The notes beneath the pieces were generated by a model. That model was given only the letters and a program-made list of their open reading frames with translations, searched no databases and was not told the DNA's origin. Below are positions 12,690 to 25,350 of a stretch of 64,000 nt of DNA, one piece after another. This DNA comes from Chiloscyllium plagiosum (Eukaryota): NCBI RefSeq assembly GCF_004010195.1, contig NC_057718.1, forward strand, positions 6,300,857 to 6,364,856. The letters are read 5' to 3'. The position numbers and the translations under genes are program-made. How positions within the stretch are numbered: position 1 is the first letter of the stretch; each line of letters opens with the position of its first letter.

Positions 12690-13328
12690 AGATTGTCAAG
12701 CTCCTGGGAGTGGTCATCCACAACAAGCTTTCTTGGACTCTTCATGTGGACGCACTGGTTACAAAGGCCCAACAACATCTCTTCTTTCTCAGGTAGCTGA
12801 GGAAATTTAGCATGACGGTGAATATCCTAGCCAACTTTTATAGGTACGCCATTGAGTTCATTCTGTCTGGATGTATCACTACCTGGTATGGCAACTGTAC
12901 CATGCAAGATCGGAGACGGTTACAGAGAGTGGTGAACTCGGCCCGGACAATCACAAAGGCCAAACTCCCATCTACAGAATCCATCTACCAGGCCCACTGT
13001 CAAGGAAAGGCCGCCAGCATTCTCAAAGATCCATCCCATCCTGGCAATGTTTTTCTACACCTCTATCACGGGGGAGAAGGTACAGAAGCCTGAACACACG
13101 CACCAGCCGGTTTCATAACAGTTTCTACCCTACTGTTGTTAGAATACTGAATGGACTCACAAACTCTTAACATTTGCCTGTACCTGAGTTTTTGTTTTTG
13201 CCGCTGTTTATCTGTTATTTACTTATCTATGCTACTTAACTCTGTGATCTGCCTGTATTGCTCGCAAGACAAAGCTTTTCACTGTGCCTCAGTACACATG
13301 ACAATAAATTCAATTCAATTCAATTCAA
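12690..13328 (+). mobile_element. Rex1/Babar-type LINE 3' end
   Basis: ILANFYRYAIEFILSGCITTWYGNC...LQRVVNSA...ILKDPSHP...GRRYRSLNTRTSRFHNSFYP; ends aataaa(ttcaa)n. Confidence 0.85.
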
Positions 13329-13391
13329 TGATGTCAGAAATGTTTACTCCAAGTCAAAGATGACAGTTGAGAATGAATTTCTTCTGGAGCG

Positions 13392-13835
13392 TGCTTTTGA
13401 GGGTTTGAGTTATAGAGAGAGGTTGAATAGGCTGGGGTGTTTTTCCCTGGAGTTTTGGAGGCTGAGGGGTGACATTATAGAGGTTTATAAAATCATGAGG
13501 GGCATGGATAGGGTGAATAGCCAAGATCTTTTTCCGAGGGTAGGGAAGTCCAAGGCTGGAGGTCATAGGTTTAGGGAAAGGATTTAAAAAGGACTGGAGG
13601 AGTAACTTTTTCACACAGAGGGTGGTGCGTGTCTGGAATGGGCTGCCAGAGGTAGTGGTGGTGGCTGGTACAATTACAGCATTTAAAAGGCATCTGAGTG
13701 GGTAAATGAATAGAAAGGTTTTAGAGGGATATAGGCCATGTGCTGGCAAATGGGATGAGTCCATTTTCAGATGTCTGGTTGGTATGGTCGATTTGGACTG
13801 AAGGGTCTGTTTCTATGCTGCATGACTGTATGACT
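13392..13835 (+). mobile_element. CR1/HER1 LINE 3' fragment
   Basis: LSYRERLNRLGCFSLEFWRLRGDIIEVYKIMRG plus CR1 tail. Confidence 0.9.
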
Positions 13836-14384
13836 GTAGGTCTGAGCTTGTTTCCTGAAACAATTTCTCTTCTAATTCACCTCAACAAACTAGTCAGACC
13901 AGGGCATATAAGTACCAAGCAGAATAGAACAACAACGTGTCACAGAAGTCACACGGATGATAGTACATAGTACGGTGACAAAACATGTGCGTAACAACCC
14001 ACCAGCTCAGCAAGCTAACCTGCATCCTCAACATTAGGCAGGTCAATGATATTCAATTCCTGCTGCCTTGACACTTTTTCTGCTCTACTGATAGTCTTTT
14101 TTCTTGGTTGGTCAAGGAGTTTAATGATCTTATCAATGTGAAAGAATAAAAAAATACAATGTGGCAAAAATTATTGGTAAGCCAGAGAATTGACAACGTT
14201 CTAAAAACCAACACAAGATGACCAAAAGCAGGAGAAATTAAATTTTGAGGGTAAATGAGACTTTCCACGTGTAAATAAATGGAGACTTGGTGATGGGATT
14301 TATTTCACCTGCCAAGAATTGTTTCGGTGCTGTCCTGATTTGCCTTACCAAAACGCAGTACATCACATTTATTTAAATTAAACC

Positions 14385-14895
14385 CCAAATTAAACTCCTT
14401 GGCCCATTGGCCCATCTGATCAAGATCCCTTTATACTCTGAGATAATCTTTTTCACTGCCAACTAGAACACTTATTTTGGTGTCATCTGCAAACTTGATA
14501 ACTATGCCTCCTATATTCACATCCAAACCATTTATATAAATGAGGAAAAGCAGTGGACTCAGCATCGATCCTTGTGGCACACCGCTAGTCTCAGGCGTCC
14601 AGTCTGAAAAGCAAACCTCAACCACCACCACCCTTTGTCTCCTATTTTCAAGCCAATTATATTTAATTGGTTATCTCCCTCTGATTCCTGAAGAAGGGCT
14701 TATGCCTAAAACATCGACTCGCCTGCTCCTCAGCTGCTGCCTGACCTGTTGTGCTTTTCCAGCAGCACACTCTCAACCTCACTATCTCCCTCGGAAACCT
14801 ATATGATCCAACCTTACTAACCAGTCTAACATGCGGAACCTTATTGAATGCTTGGCTAGTCCACACAGATAATGTCCACCGCTCGGCTTTCATTA
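14385..14895 (-). mobile_element. CR1 RT fragment with Penelope family-A insert (about 14675-14780)
   Basis: SGVPQGSMLSPLLFLIYINGL...KFADDTK RT motifs. Confidence 0.85.
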
Positions 14896-15666
14896 TCTTG
14901 AGGGTTTCATGGGAATGGTGGATGTATAGGCATCTGAAAGAATGTCTTCAATATTTGATATGGAACCTTATGAGCTCATTACTCCTGTGTGAGGTAATGG
15001 GTCAGAAGGAATTGAAATGAATGCCCAGTTGAAATGGGTCAGAGGTGGGAGCAGGCTCAGGTGAATATATTAAGATGATTTTTGACAATGAGGGAAAAAC
15101 ACTGAAGTTTTTCTTTTACTTACATGTATGATCCTGGAGTAATGAGTAGTTTTGGCAAAGAACTCAATTTGTGCTTAACGTCATTCAAGCAGGTCTGATG
15201 ATGGATGGAAATGTTCCCTGCCAGACATATTCAAATCTGTAACCTTTGCGTTGGAGGGAGGAAACATGGAAGTCATACAAGGGAATGGCTGGGATTGGAT
15301 GGCGTCAATGTTCCACCGGGACTAATGTTCAGCCAAATGACAAGATTGATAGCTGCCAAAATATAATGGAGAGCGGACAGCCAAAAATTGAAAGTTTGGA
15401 ACTGAAGTCAATAAGTGACTTGTATTCTAGTTCAAAAAGCCAGGATGCAAAGGGTGGAACTGGAGCTAAAACCTTACTCAATTGTGTTTAACTTACAGAG
15501 ATGCATCTTAAACACATGAATCTCCTGACTAAATAAGCACAATTTCAGTCTGCCCATTAATATCACAACACAAGTGAATTTCCAGTTAATGTCCATTACC
15601 CTTACACATAACTGTTTGACAATTGATGACTTGGGAGCATGTTTAGGTAAACATTACATCAATTGT

Positions 15667-15904
15667 GAGCTGAAAAATGAGTTGCTGGAAAAGCGCAGCA
15701 GGTCAGGCAGCATCCAAGGAGCAGGAGAATCGATGTTTCGGGCATAAGCCCTTCTTCAGGAATGGAGATCCCTGAAGAAGGGCTTATGCCCGAAACATTG
15801 ATTCTCCTGCTCCTTGGATGCTGCCTGACCTGCTGCGCTTTTCCAGCAACACATTTTTCAGCTCTGATCTCTAGCATCTGCAGTCCTCACTGTCTCCCAT
15901 TAGG
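15667..15904. mobile_element. Penelope-derived palindromic mini-element, family A, with two back-to-back hammerhead cores
   Basis: About 95-bp near-perfect inverted arms around ggaatggagatc; cores at about 15735-15761 (-) and 15771-15797 (+); flanking direct repeat tcaattgt. Confidence 0.85.
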
Positions 15905-16810
15905 TCAATTGTATATGTTTAGAGTGAAACTGACTGAATAAATGCTGTTATGTTTCTTCGCTTAGCCAGGAAATGCCCAGCGTTGTCATATTACAATGGT
16001 ATCAACTAACAGTGACTAGGGGCTCCAACAAAGAGATGTTTTCAAGTTCAAAGGAATTGAAATGGATGCCCAGTTGGAACCTATTTATCAAAGCATGGCT
16101 AAGAAATTCAGTTGAAAACGGTATAATTTTCAGGCGATAAATAGATTTCTCGCTCACTCCCAGATGACAGAAAATGGAAAGCAATTGCTATTTGGAAAGG
16201 CAGCCTCTACCTTGTGACAATAAAAAGGCTTCAGTTTCCTATATCTAAACAAATGCTAAATCATTTTTGTATACAAAGGAAGTTTCTGATATCTTTTTGA
16301 GTTCCTGCTACAATATTATTTTACCGTGAGGCAACCAACACCAGTGAAGATTGTATTTGTGATACTGTCATCAAACAACTGATGTTTGCATGGCTGCTAG
16401 TGACAAGGTAAGGTTGTTAACTATACCTGCCTGCATGAGGAATCAGGAGCACTACAAGTTTTCTTTCTAGTTCTGAAATCACAGCTCCTCTCCCCATCCC
16501 TGTAGGTATCCTTTAATCATTGCCAGTGATGTCCTTTTCCCAGTGTCTTTAAAGGACTTACCTGAGAACTACTGCTAATCTCAGTGTCTCCTTTCTATGG
16601 CAAATGACCCAGGGAAGTCCTTTGGTGTTCGCAGCTCCCTCACTCACTAACGATGAAGCCTGGAGTCCAATGCAATATGAGCCTCAGAGCTGTCCATTCA
16701 GGAGTTCATCTATTTTCATCTGGCTTCAATTTGTAGGTTCCTTCCATTCATATTAGACTCTCAGATCCCATCACAAAAATCGTGCAAACAGGTAGCAAGA
16801 GGAATAACTT

Positions 16811-17700
16811 GGATTCTTGGATGTTGGTGTGGAAGCAGTGGATTTGAATCAGAGGGTACAAGTTCACATGGCTCACTTCGCTTGGAGCACGGGTGATGGA
16901 AGTCTAAGAGAACAGTGAGGACCTCAGGGGAAGAAGGAAAGAGCTATCCAGCTGGCTGACCCACATGACCTCAACCTGCACATTGGTTTCTTTCACGATG
17001 AATTGACTACTTTGATTTTTAATCTGCTATTGGCTGATGGAAGAAACACAGCCACACTGTAAGCAAACTCCTTCAATGAGTCAAAACTCTGATATTCATC
17101 TTTACACTGGCCCTAACGATGCAGCATATCTTTGAGGTGGGGAGCGAGCCATGGAAAGGCTTAAGTCTATTCAAAGGAAAAAGTCTGATTTCAATCTGTA
17201 TCTGTGGCTCTGCTTATTGTCTTGAACCAAATTGCAGTACTTCTGTTTTGATCTTTAAAGTGCTTGCAATTAGTTAATGGCATTAGTCACCCAGTGCCAG
17301 GGAACCAATGCTCTATTTTTGCCTCAGGGTCTCATGCAGATATTTTGGAATGATTCTGCTGAGGTTGCCGTGGGAATGGGGAATTAGAATGAATCAGATC
17401 GAGCAAACTGGGACTAGCCGTGATGCATGTGAAGTCATGATCGTTCCCAGCATTGGTCACTGGGTGTGTTTGAGGAATGGAATCTCAGGCGGATGCTTGG
17501 ATGTTGGTGTGGAAGCAGTGGATTAGAATCAGAGGGTACAAGTTCACATGGCTCACTTCGCTTGGAGCCAGGGTGATGGAAGTCCAAGAGAACAGTGAGG
17601 ACCTCAAGGGAAGAAGGAAAGAGCTATCCAGCTGGCTGACCCACATGACCTCAACCCGCACATTGGTTGCTTTCATGATGAATTGACTACTTTGATTTTT
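16811..17700 (+). repeat. 210-bp direct duplication (16811-17020 and 17491-17700)
   Basis: Ungapped alignment at offset 680 with about 9 substitutions counted by eye. Confidence 0.95.
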
Positions 17701-18967
17701 TTGGGCGAGGTGGAGGGTGGAGTTAAGGCATCAGAAGTCGAAGTTACCCCAGGGGATGGGGTGGAGTTGAACATTCAGATGTTCGTGGGTGAGGCTCACA
17801 AAAACCAATTAACAGCCATTTAAACGGCCATAGGCAAGATATTTGCGCCCCACCCCCACCAACCCCACTTTGCTGCTTTCTCATCGACTTGCATAGGAAG
17901 ATCTCATCAGTAGGGAAACCCGATATATAGAGTGATTTTAATCAACCTGATCGCAATGTTATGACACACCTCCAGGGCATTGGAATCCGGATCCTCTGGC
18001 CTGGAGGTAGGGACAAAAGCACTACAACACAACGGCCTTAAGGCAAAACTTTACCACCATCAATGTGACCCATTCTGAACAGGATAGAAGGTACATATAG
18101 GCCTCTACAAAATGGGCCAATCCCTTTGCTAAACTGTTATCAGGCTATTGATGCTAACCTTTCAGCCAGAATTAACCCAAACACATCTGTATCACCACTC
18201 AGTGTTGGATATACGTTGTTTCTCTTCTTCTCTTTCCTTCTTACAAACGCAGACACAGCTGTTTACCCCAGAAGGTAACAGAAACAGTGAAATAAAGGCA
18301 ATAATACTTGGAAATGAATAAACTGATGGTACCTAAGTTTCCCTTTGACCGTTCAGACCAGTAGGTCTCATTCACAGACCATTTATTAACTGGTTACACT
18401 TGCTGTACAATAGGTATTATGTTCACTTGTTACCTATTACAGTGATGTACAGTTTCCATATTAACTATTTTTCTTTCAAAGCCCACGATGAGGTGTATCA
18501 GGGGAAAAGTTAAGCCATTGCTTTGATCAGCTGTTTTTAGTTTGGCTTGCTGATGCAGGCCTTACACACGTTCATGTTCCAGCATAATATTCAGCCTGGG
18601 TGGCATGATTGACAACTGACTTCCCTGGGTCTGCTTTTATTTCACCCAAACGTGACTAGTATTCCATCCAAACATGGCAACGTAAGAGGGAGTCATGTGG
18701 AATCCCTGCTGTCTCTCTGCATTTTCTCAGTCCACAGAGCAGGGAGGATGTAGGGCCTAGCTACTGCTCCATCATCTGACATTAATTTGATTAGAGATCA
18801 CCCTAGTATTAAGAAGGGGAACAGACACGGAGACTGTTTCAGAAAATTAACAGCTCTGTTAGCATCTGTGCGGAGAGAAAAACAGAGTTAACATTTCAAG
18901 TTCTATTTTAATTCAAGGTCAGAAGTCACATGACACTGGGTCATAGGCCAACAAGTCTATTTGAAAT

Positions 18968-19003
18968 CACAAGCTTTCGGAGCACTGCCCCTTCATCAGG
19001 TAG
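18968..19003 (-). ncRNA. minimal hammerhead ribozyme motif, family B
   Basis: Minus strand CUGAUGA-A-GGGGC-AGU-GCUCC-GAAA-GCUU-GUG. Confidence 0.6.
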
Positions 19004-19249
19004 AGTGAAAGGAAGGACACAGACTCAGAATTTATAGCCTGAGAGATCTAAAGATGGTACTAATGGTGCGAGTGGAGTGTCAATAGGCTGAATAATAGAC
19101 CTCTGCAGGTGATCAAGAGTGTCAGACCGTGTGAGTAAAGTGTCAACAGCTGAATAGCAAGTGAAGGGATGATGTATAATCCGATTAATTGAAGCAGAGA
19201 GATAATTACACAAAATTAAAAATAAGGTGGTGCTGGAGACAAACCATCA

Positions 19250-20515
19250 GAGTTGATATGGTTTTATGAAGGACCAATCATGCTTGATGAATTTGCTAGA
19301 GTTCTTTGAAGATGTAACAAGCAAAATAGATAATGGGGATCAAATAGATATAATTTATCCAGACTACTTGAAGGTATTTGATAAGGTGCTGCACAAAAGA
19401 TTAATCCACAAGATTCGATCACATGAGATTATTAGCTTGGGCAAATGTCTGGCTGACAAACAAAAGACAGAGAGTTGGGATAATTTTTTTTCTGGATGGC
19501 AAGATGTAATTAGTGGGGTGCCACAGGGTTCAGTCCTTGGACCCCAACTATTTGCAATCCACATTAATGGCTTGGATACAGGAATAGAAGGCTCTATAGC
19601 AGATGCCACAAAACAAGGGAGAGTGGCAAATTGCAATGAGGAAATAAGAACCTTACAAATGGATATAGATAGGTGAGGAGAGTTTGTCAAAATGTGGCAG
19701 ATGGAGTTTAACGTGGATAAGTGTGAGGCATGCATTTGGGTTGGAAAAACGGGAAGGCAACCTATTGTCTAAATGGAGAGAGACTTCGGGGTCCTCTGGT
19801 GCAAAGGGATCTGGGTGTCCTCGTTCATGAGTCACAGAAAACTAGCACGAAGGTACAACAGATAATAAAGAAAGCAAATGGAATGTTGGCTTTTATAGCT
19901 AAAGGAATACAATATAAAAGTAAAGAAGTATTGCTGCAACTATACAAGTTATTGGTGAGAACATGCTGGAGTGTTGTGGACAGTTTTGGTCCCCTTATTT
20001 GAGGAAAGAACTGCATTGCAGGTAGTTCAGAGGAGATTCACTAGATTGACCCCAGAAATGAGGGTATTGTCATATGAAGAGAGATTGTACAGTTTAGGTC
20101 CGTATTCTTGGGAACTTTTTCGAATCAGGGGAGATCAAATTGAGGTATTCAAGATGATAAAACATGCGGACAAAATAGACATGGAATGGATGCTTCCTCT
20201 TGTCGGGCATTCTAGAATAAGAGACCATAGCCGTAGGATGAGGGGCAGCAAATTTCAAACAGAGTTGAGGGGAAACTACTTCTCCCAGAAGGATGTGAAT
20301 TTGTGGGAATTCCCTACTCCAAGGTGCGGTGGATGCTGGGACAGTGAGTACATTTAAGGAGGAGCTAGACAGATTTTTAATTGGTAATGGGTTGAAGGGA
20401 TATGAGAAGAAGGCAGGAAAATGGGAGTGAGGAGCACATCAGCCATGATTGAATGGTGGAGCAGACTTGATGGGCTGAATGGCCTAATTCTGTTCCTATA
20501 TCTTATGAATTTATA
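19250..20515 (+). mobile_element. CR1 LINE (RT to 3' end), frameshifted
   Basis: SCLMNLLEFFEDVT...FDKV...SGVPQGSVLGPQLF...VQRRFTRL; 3' tail. Confidence 0.92.
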
Positions 20516-22065
20516 AACTTAAAAATGGCTGGTAAAACATGATAGATATAAGAGTCACATGCTGAGGGTCTAACCAAAGTAACAATTAATCCAAAACTGT
20601 ACAAACAAATTAAGTTAGAGAGATCATAACAATTTATCAAGATGATGGTATCAAATCAGGACAGTGAGGAAGATTTTACAGATACAGAACAGTGTGCTGG
20701 GGTTACATGCAACGGGAAATGAACCCATGATCATAGTTGAGACCTTCGTGGGAACAGAACTTGGCTATCAGCTACTGCTCGGTGATTCAGCGTTGTTGTG
20801 TATCTCAAAGGCCGCCTTGGAGGATGCTTACCTGAAGATCGGAGGCTGAAGGTCCTTGAGTGCCAAAGTGTTCCCCCACTGGGAGGGAACATTCCTGACT
20901 GGAAATTGTTGGGCAGTGTCCATTCATTCGTAGTGTCTGCTTGGTCTCACCAATGTACCATACCTCGGGGCATTCTTGCCTGTAGTGTATGAAATAGACA
21001 ACATTGACCAAGTCCAATTAGCACCTGCCATGCACATGGTGGGTGGTATCCTCACGTGTGATGGTGTATGTTCTTTTGATCTCTCTACCTATAAATTCAG
21101 TGCATGTGCCCTTCCCTTCACTACACCTGACAAAGGGGTAGTGCTCCGAAAGCTTGTGATTTCAAATAAACCTGTTGGACTATAACCTGGTGTCATGTGA
21201 CTCATGACCTTGTCCACCCCAGTCAAACACAGGCACCTCCACATCTATTTTAATTCATTCACAGGATGAGGGTGTCGCTGGCTTGGTCAGCATTTATTAC
21301 CCTTCCTAGAGGGTAGTTAAGAGTCAACCCCACTGTTGTGGGTATGAGTCACATGTAGGCCAGACCAGATAAGGATGGCAGTCTCCTTACCTAAAGGGCA
21401 TGAGTGAACCCGATGGGTTTTTCCGATAATGGATTCACGGTCATCATTAGACTCTTATTTCCAGGTTTTTATTGAATTCAGATTCCCATCTGCTATGGCA
21501 GGATTTGAACCCAGGCCCCAGAACATCGCCTGTGTCTCTGGATTAACAGTCCATCGATAATCCATCACGTCCACCTGCTCAGTTTGACTCTTCTTCAGGA
21601 TTCAATCAATTTTCTCTTTTCAAGCTCTAATAAGCTGACACTTGTCTTCAATGGTCATTGTTTTATTTAACTTACTTTCAAGAGGTACTGTGATGTCATC
21701 CCTTTATCAAGATGGAGGGCAGGCTTGGCACATGTGACTACAGAACCATGTCATGAATAGGCTTTGGTGATGTTAAAATCAAGGTTTTACAGCATATATG
21801 AAACAAAACTCACAATCCATACCCTCCACAGCCAGGCACTGAATGAGTAGAAGGAAACACAAAGATTACGGGAAAAATTCAGTAAGTCTGGCAGCGTCTG
21901 TGGAGAGGGAAACAAAGTTAACATTTTGAATCCAGTTATTTTCCTCCTCAGAACTGAACGGGATTAGAATGTTTTTTTAACATGGATAGTTCTTCTACAA
22001 TGCAATGGTTGTGTTCTTTGTGTAACCCCGCATTGTAGAAAAATCGCATTTTAGAAACAGTGCTT

Positions 22066-22365
22066 GATGTTAGCGAGTTTTGAGAAGATTTGTAGCTCAG
22101 GTTGAGGTTCTGGAACTCTATCAATAAACAGATTGACTTGGACCCCGTTTACCACCCCCTGAGAAAAAGAACAGGAAAAGACATCACCATAGGAAATGAC
22201 ATCACCACAGGAAATGACATCACCAACCCAAAGAAACCCAAAAATATAAATAGAAAGCAGGAATCATCAGCAGTGCTTTGTCCGGAGGCTCACTGATGAT
22301 GTTACCTAGTATGGTGATGAAACGTCTGAAAATGAACCTTCCAGCTCAGGGAGCAAACCTACATC
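22066..22365 (+). mobile_element. Penelope-like 3' fragment, family C
   Basis: NSINKQIDLDPVYHPL ORF end; hammerhead at 22290-22329; inverted terminal piece at the 5' side; TSD cagtgctt (22058-65 / 22366-73). Confidence 0.85.
22290..22329 (+). ncRNA. minimal hammerhead ribozyme motif, family C
   Basis: UCA-CUGAUGA-U-GUUACC-UAGUAU-GGUGAU-GAAA-CGUC-UGA, with stem I UCA/UGA. Confidence 0.65.
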
Positions 22366-22840
22366 CAGTGCTTAATGTATTGACGATGTAATTGCGTTGC
22401 AGCCAACACAAGCTTTAAAAGTTTGCACTTTAGAAACAGTGTGTTCAATTCATCAATCGCGTTACAGCATTATAGCAGAATGACCCGTACCTTTGACAGG
22501 GACACTCGAATTGTTAGTTTTGGAGAAACAGAAAAATAGATGTAAAATTAGTGTTAATGAGGCTCCAAGAGGGAGGGAATGAGTCTATTAAATAAGAGGA
22601 AAGTAAACAAGATACAAACAAGTGACAAAGAATTTGAAATGTTGACTCTGTTTCTTTTCCACAGATGCTGTCAGAGCTGCTGAATTTGTCCAACATTGTC
22701 TGTGTTTTGTGACAAACAAGAGAAGGTTGTGGTGCCAGGGCAAGAATGGGAGCAAAATGCAGAACAGGTAAACATGGTCTGTTTCTGAAGACAGTGAACC
22801 GAATATCTAATTTCCAATTATTGATCTTGCTGTGGCCTAC

Positions 22841-22956
22841 CTGTAATATAGTGCTGACAGTCCCTCCAGGCCTCCGTTTGCTCTATCTGTAGCTTAAATG
22901 CTTCAACATATCCCTATTTGACCTTTCCTTCAAAGGAAACTAGTTGCAGACTTCCT
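22841..22956 (-). other. exon-like segment with an in-frame UAG (GSLQLVSFEGKVK*GYVEAFKLQIEQTEAWRDCQHYIT)
   Basis: Donor CAG|gtaggc at 22841/22840; possible exon starts at 22956, 22927 or 22913; 5' half lies inside the 68-bp inverted repeat. Confidence 0.25.
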
Positions 22957-23227
22957 CTGTAAATTTGATGTAAATTCACACCTCAACCTGTCACCATGAG
23001 CTCAGTTTCACTGAAACCAGGGGTTCTGTCCGATGGCTGTTTCAGAAAGAGGTCAAAAGCTCCACACAAGGACTGGGTGGGATAGATGGCAGGGGTTTTA
23101 GGAACAGGTCCCCCTGGGAGCAGGCATGCAGAGAATCAAGGGTGAACACCAACACCCCATGGACAAACTCAGGAAACATCCCCATACCGCTGACCCAGTG
23201 TACAGTGTAGTGTCGCAGTGAAGAATG

Positions 23228-23398
23228 ATGTGGAGGTGCCAGTGTTGGGATGGAGTAAAGTTAGAAGTCACACAACACCAGGTTATAGTCCAACAGGTTC
23301 ATTTGAAATCACGCAAGCTTTCGGAGTGCTGTCCCTTCGTCAGGTGTGCTTTCAAATAAACCTGGTGGACTATAACCTGATGTCATGTGATTTTGGAG
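23228..23398. mobile_element. Penelope-derived fold-back mini-element, family B
   Basis: Minus arm carries CUGACGA...GAAAGCUU; plus arm restarts at about the predicted cleavage site. Confidence 0.8.
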
Positions 23399-23482
23399 GT
23401 GAAGAATGGAACAGGGAGGAAAAGTAGAACATGTTAAAGTAATGCAACAAATTTGCCAGTCTGGATGCATCATCAGAATTTT

Positions 23483-23622
23483 ATAAGCCCTTCCTGATGA
23501 AGGGCTTTTGCTCGAAACGTCGATTCTCCTGCTCCTCAGATGCTGCCTGACCGGCTGTATTTTTCCAGCACCACTCTAATCTTGACTCTGATCTCCAGCA
23601 TCTGCAGTACTCATTTTCACCT
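23483..23622 (+). mobile_element. Penelope family-A mini-element with intact hammerhead core (23494-23521)
   Basis: ctgatgaagggcttttgctcgaaacgtcga followed by the family-A terminus ...ctccagcatctgcagt. Confidence 0.8.
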
Positions 23623-24804
23623 GGAATTTTATAACTATCTCTCAATGAATTTATTTTTGAAATGCACCCACTGATGTTTTGTAGGTCGAATCTGAACGAC
23701 ACTGAAATCAGCCTTAGTTCAGTTCGTTAAGTTTTGTTTCTATTTTATAAAATTGTGTGTTAACTCTTCAGTCCAAGAATTATGAAATAAAATCCAGTCT
23801 ATCGATGTTGCTAATACAGTATAATATCTTAGATCAGGGTTTAAACTAAGGCCATACCCAGTTGTTCAGGTGAATATAAAAGTCTCCCTTATATTAATCG
23901 ATAAAGATTAAGGTACTTTTCTCTGATCTGCTAGCATTTATTCATCAATTTATGCCTCTGAAAAAAGTAGAATTAACTCTTGGCTGTTCTGTGAGATCTT
24001 GCTTTGTGACAATTTGTCCATGTTATGTCAATGTCTAGACTTGAAAATTGGTCATGAAGTGCTTTGGGGTGTCTAAGGATCTGAAAGGTAATATAGAAAT
24101 ATAAAATATAAACTTTGTAGATAAATACTCTTGGAGCTTCTCCCAATCCACACCATAAATTTGGCAGACATTTGGCAGAGACCCTGGTGAGATGGATTGT
24201 GTCAGCCATTTCTCGAGCTTGACCCCAACTCAATTAACCATACATCTGTTACTGTAAATACCGCATTCAGCTGTAAGCTCAAGTATCACAAGAAGATTAA
24301 GAATGTTCTGGAACCTGCCCAAAAAAGAGAAAAACCACGATAAGCTGCTGGGCTCAAATTCAAGAGCTAGTGGATAGACAGAGGAAGTCTGCAACTAGTT
24401 TCCTTTGAAGGAAAGGTCAAATAGGGATATGTTCAAGCATTTAAGTTTGAGTCAGCAATAAGCAAGAAGGAAATTTAGAAGCTCTTTCAGTATGATAGAG
24501 GGCGTGAAGCTAGATATGCAAAGAAATGTTTTGTTTTTTTGTCAAAAAGCATCTGATTTGCAGCCAAAACCTTTGCCAACAATTCATCAAACATGAGGTT
24601 GACTTTGTTAGGACATGAATTTCTCTTAATGCTAAAATTGAGGGTTTTATTAAGGCAATGTAAATAGTTAGGGATATAAAATTCTTATAGGCCATCCACA
24701 GAAGCATAGTTGGCAGCAGAGTACACTTTAACAGAGTGCCCCTCAGCTTGGCAGATAATAATGCTCAGGCTTCAATGGAACAGGGAAACCAGGCTGCAGG
24801 CATG

Positions 24805-25350
24805 GAAACACAGAAAATAGGAACAGGATTAGGCCATTCAGCCCTTTGAGCCTTCTCTGCCATTCAGTATGACCATGACTGATCATCCAACTCAGTCCCC
24901 TATTCCCACTTTCTCCCCATAGCCTTTCATCCCTTTCATCTTAAGAACTAATTCAAACTCCTTCTTGAAAACATTCAATGTTTTGGCCTCAACTGCTTTC
25001 TGTGGCAGAGAATTCCACAGGATCCCGACTCTCTGGATGAAGAAATTTCTCCTCATCTCAGTCCCTAAATCACTTACCTTGCATCCTTAAGTCATGATCC
25101 CAGGTTCTGCACTCACTGGTCCTTCCTGTCTAGTACTGTTAGAACTTTACAGGTTTCGATGACCTATCGCCTTTTTTTTTTCTATACCACAGTGAATATA
25201 ATCCCAACTGATCCAATTTCTCTTCATACGTCGGCCCTGCCATCCCAGGAATCAGTCTCTGCTTGCATTCCCTCCATTGCCAGAACAGGCCTCCTCAGAT
25301 AAGGAGAGCAAAGTTACACACCTTACTCCAGGTGTGGCCTCACCAAGGAC
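24805..25350 (-). mobile_element. CR1 3' fragment
   Basis: CR1 tail (aggccattcagccctttgag) and ORF2 C-terminus. Confidence 0.8.

Larger units (their letters stand above)
18916..21244 (-). mobile_element. Penelope-like element (family B) with inverted 5' arm, interrupted by a CR1 LINE
   Basis: ORF 20805-21017 NVVYFIH...WYIGETKQTLRMNGH is GIY-YIG; hammerheads at about 18970-19002 (-) and 21125-21155 (+); TSD-like ctattt(t)taattca on both sides. Confidence 0.85.
21985..22490 (-). mobile_element. MITE copy interrupted by a Penelope family-C element
   Basis: Ends ttatagcagaatgacccgta; homologous to 10216-10432. Confidence 0.6.
22893..24445. repeat. 68-bp inverted repeat pair (22893-22960 and 24378-24445)
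   Basis: 67/68 identity as reverse complements, checked base by base. Confidence 0.95.

Noticed and set aside
16301..16406. Plus-strand exon ending AAG|gtaagg
   Set aside because: Weak acceptor, no recognisable peptide and no compatible plus-strand partner exons found
22893..24445. piggyBac or Kolobok transposon defined by the 68-bp inverted repeat
   Set aside because: The TTAA lies within the repeat arms, the termini lack the expected CCC/GGG ends, there is no separate TSD and no transposase
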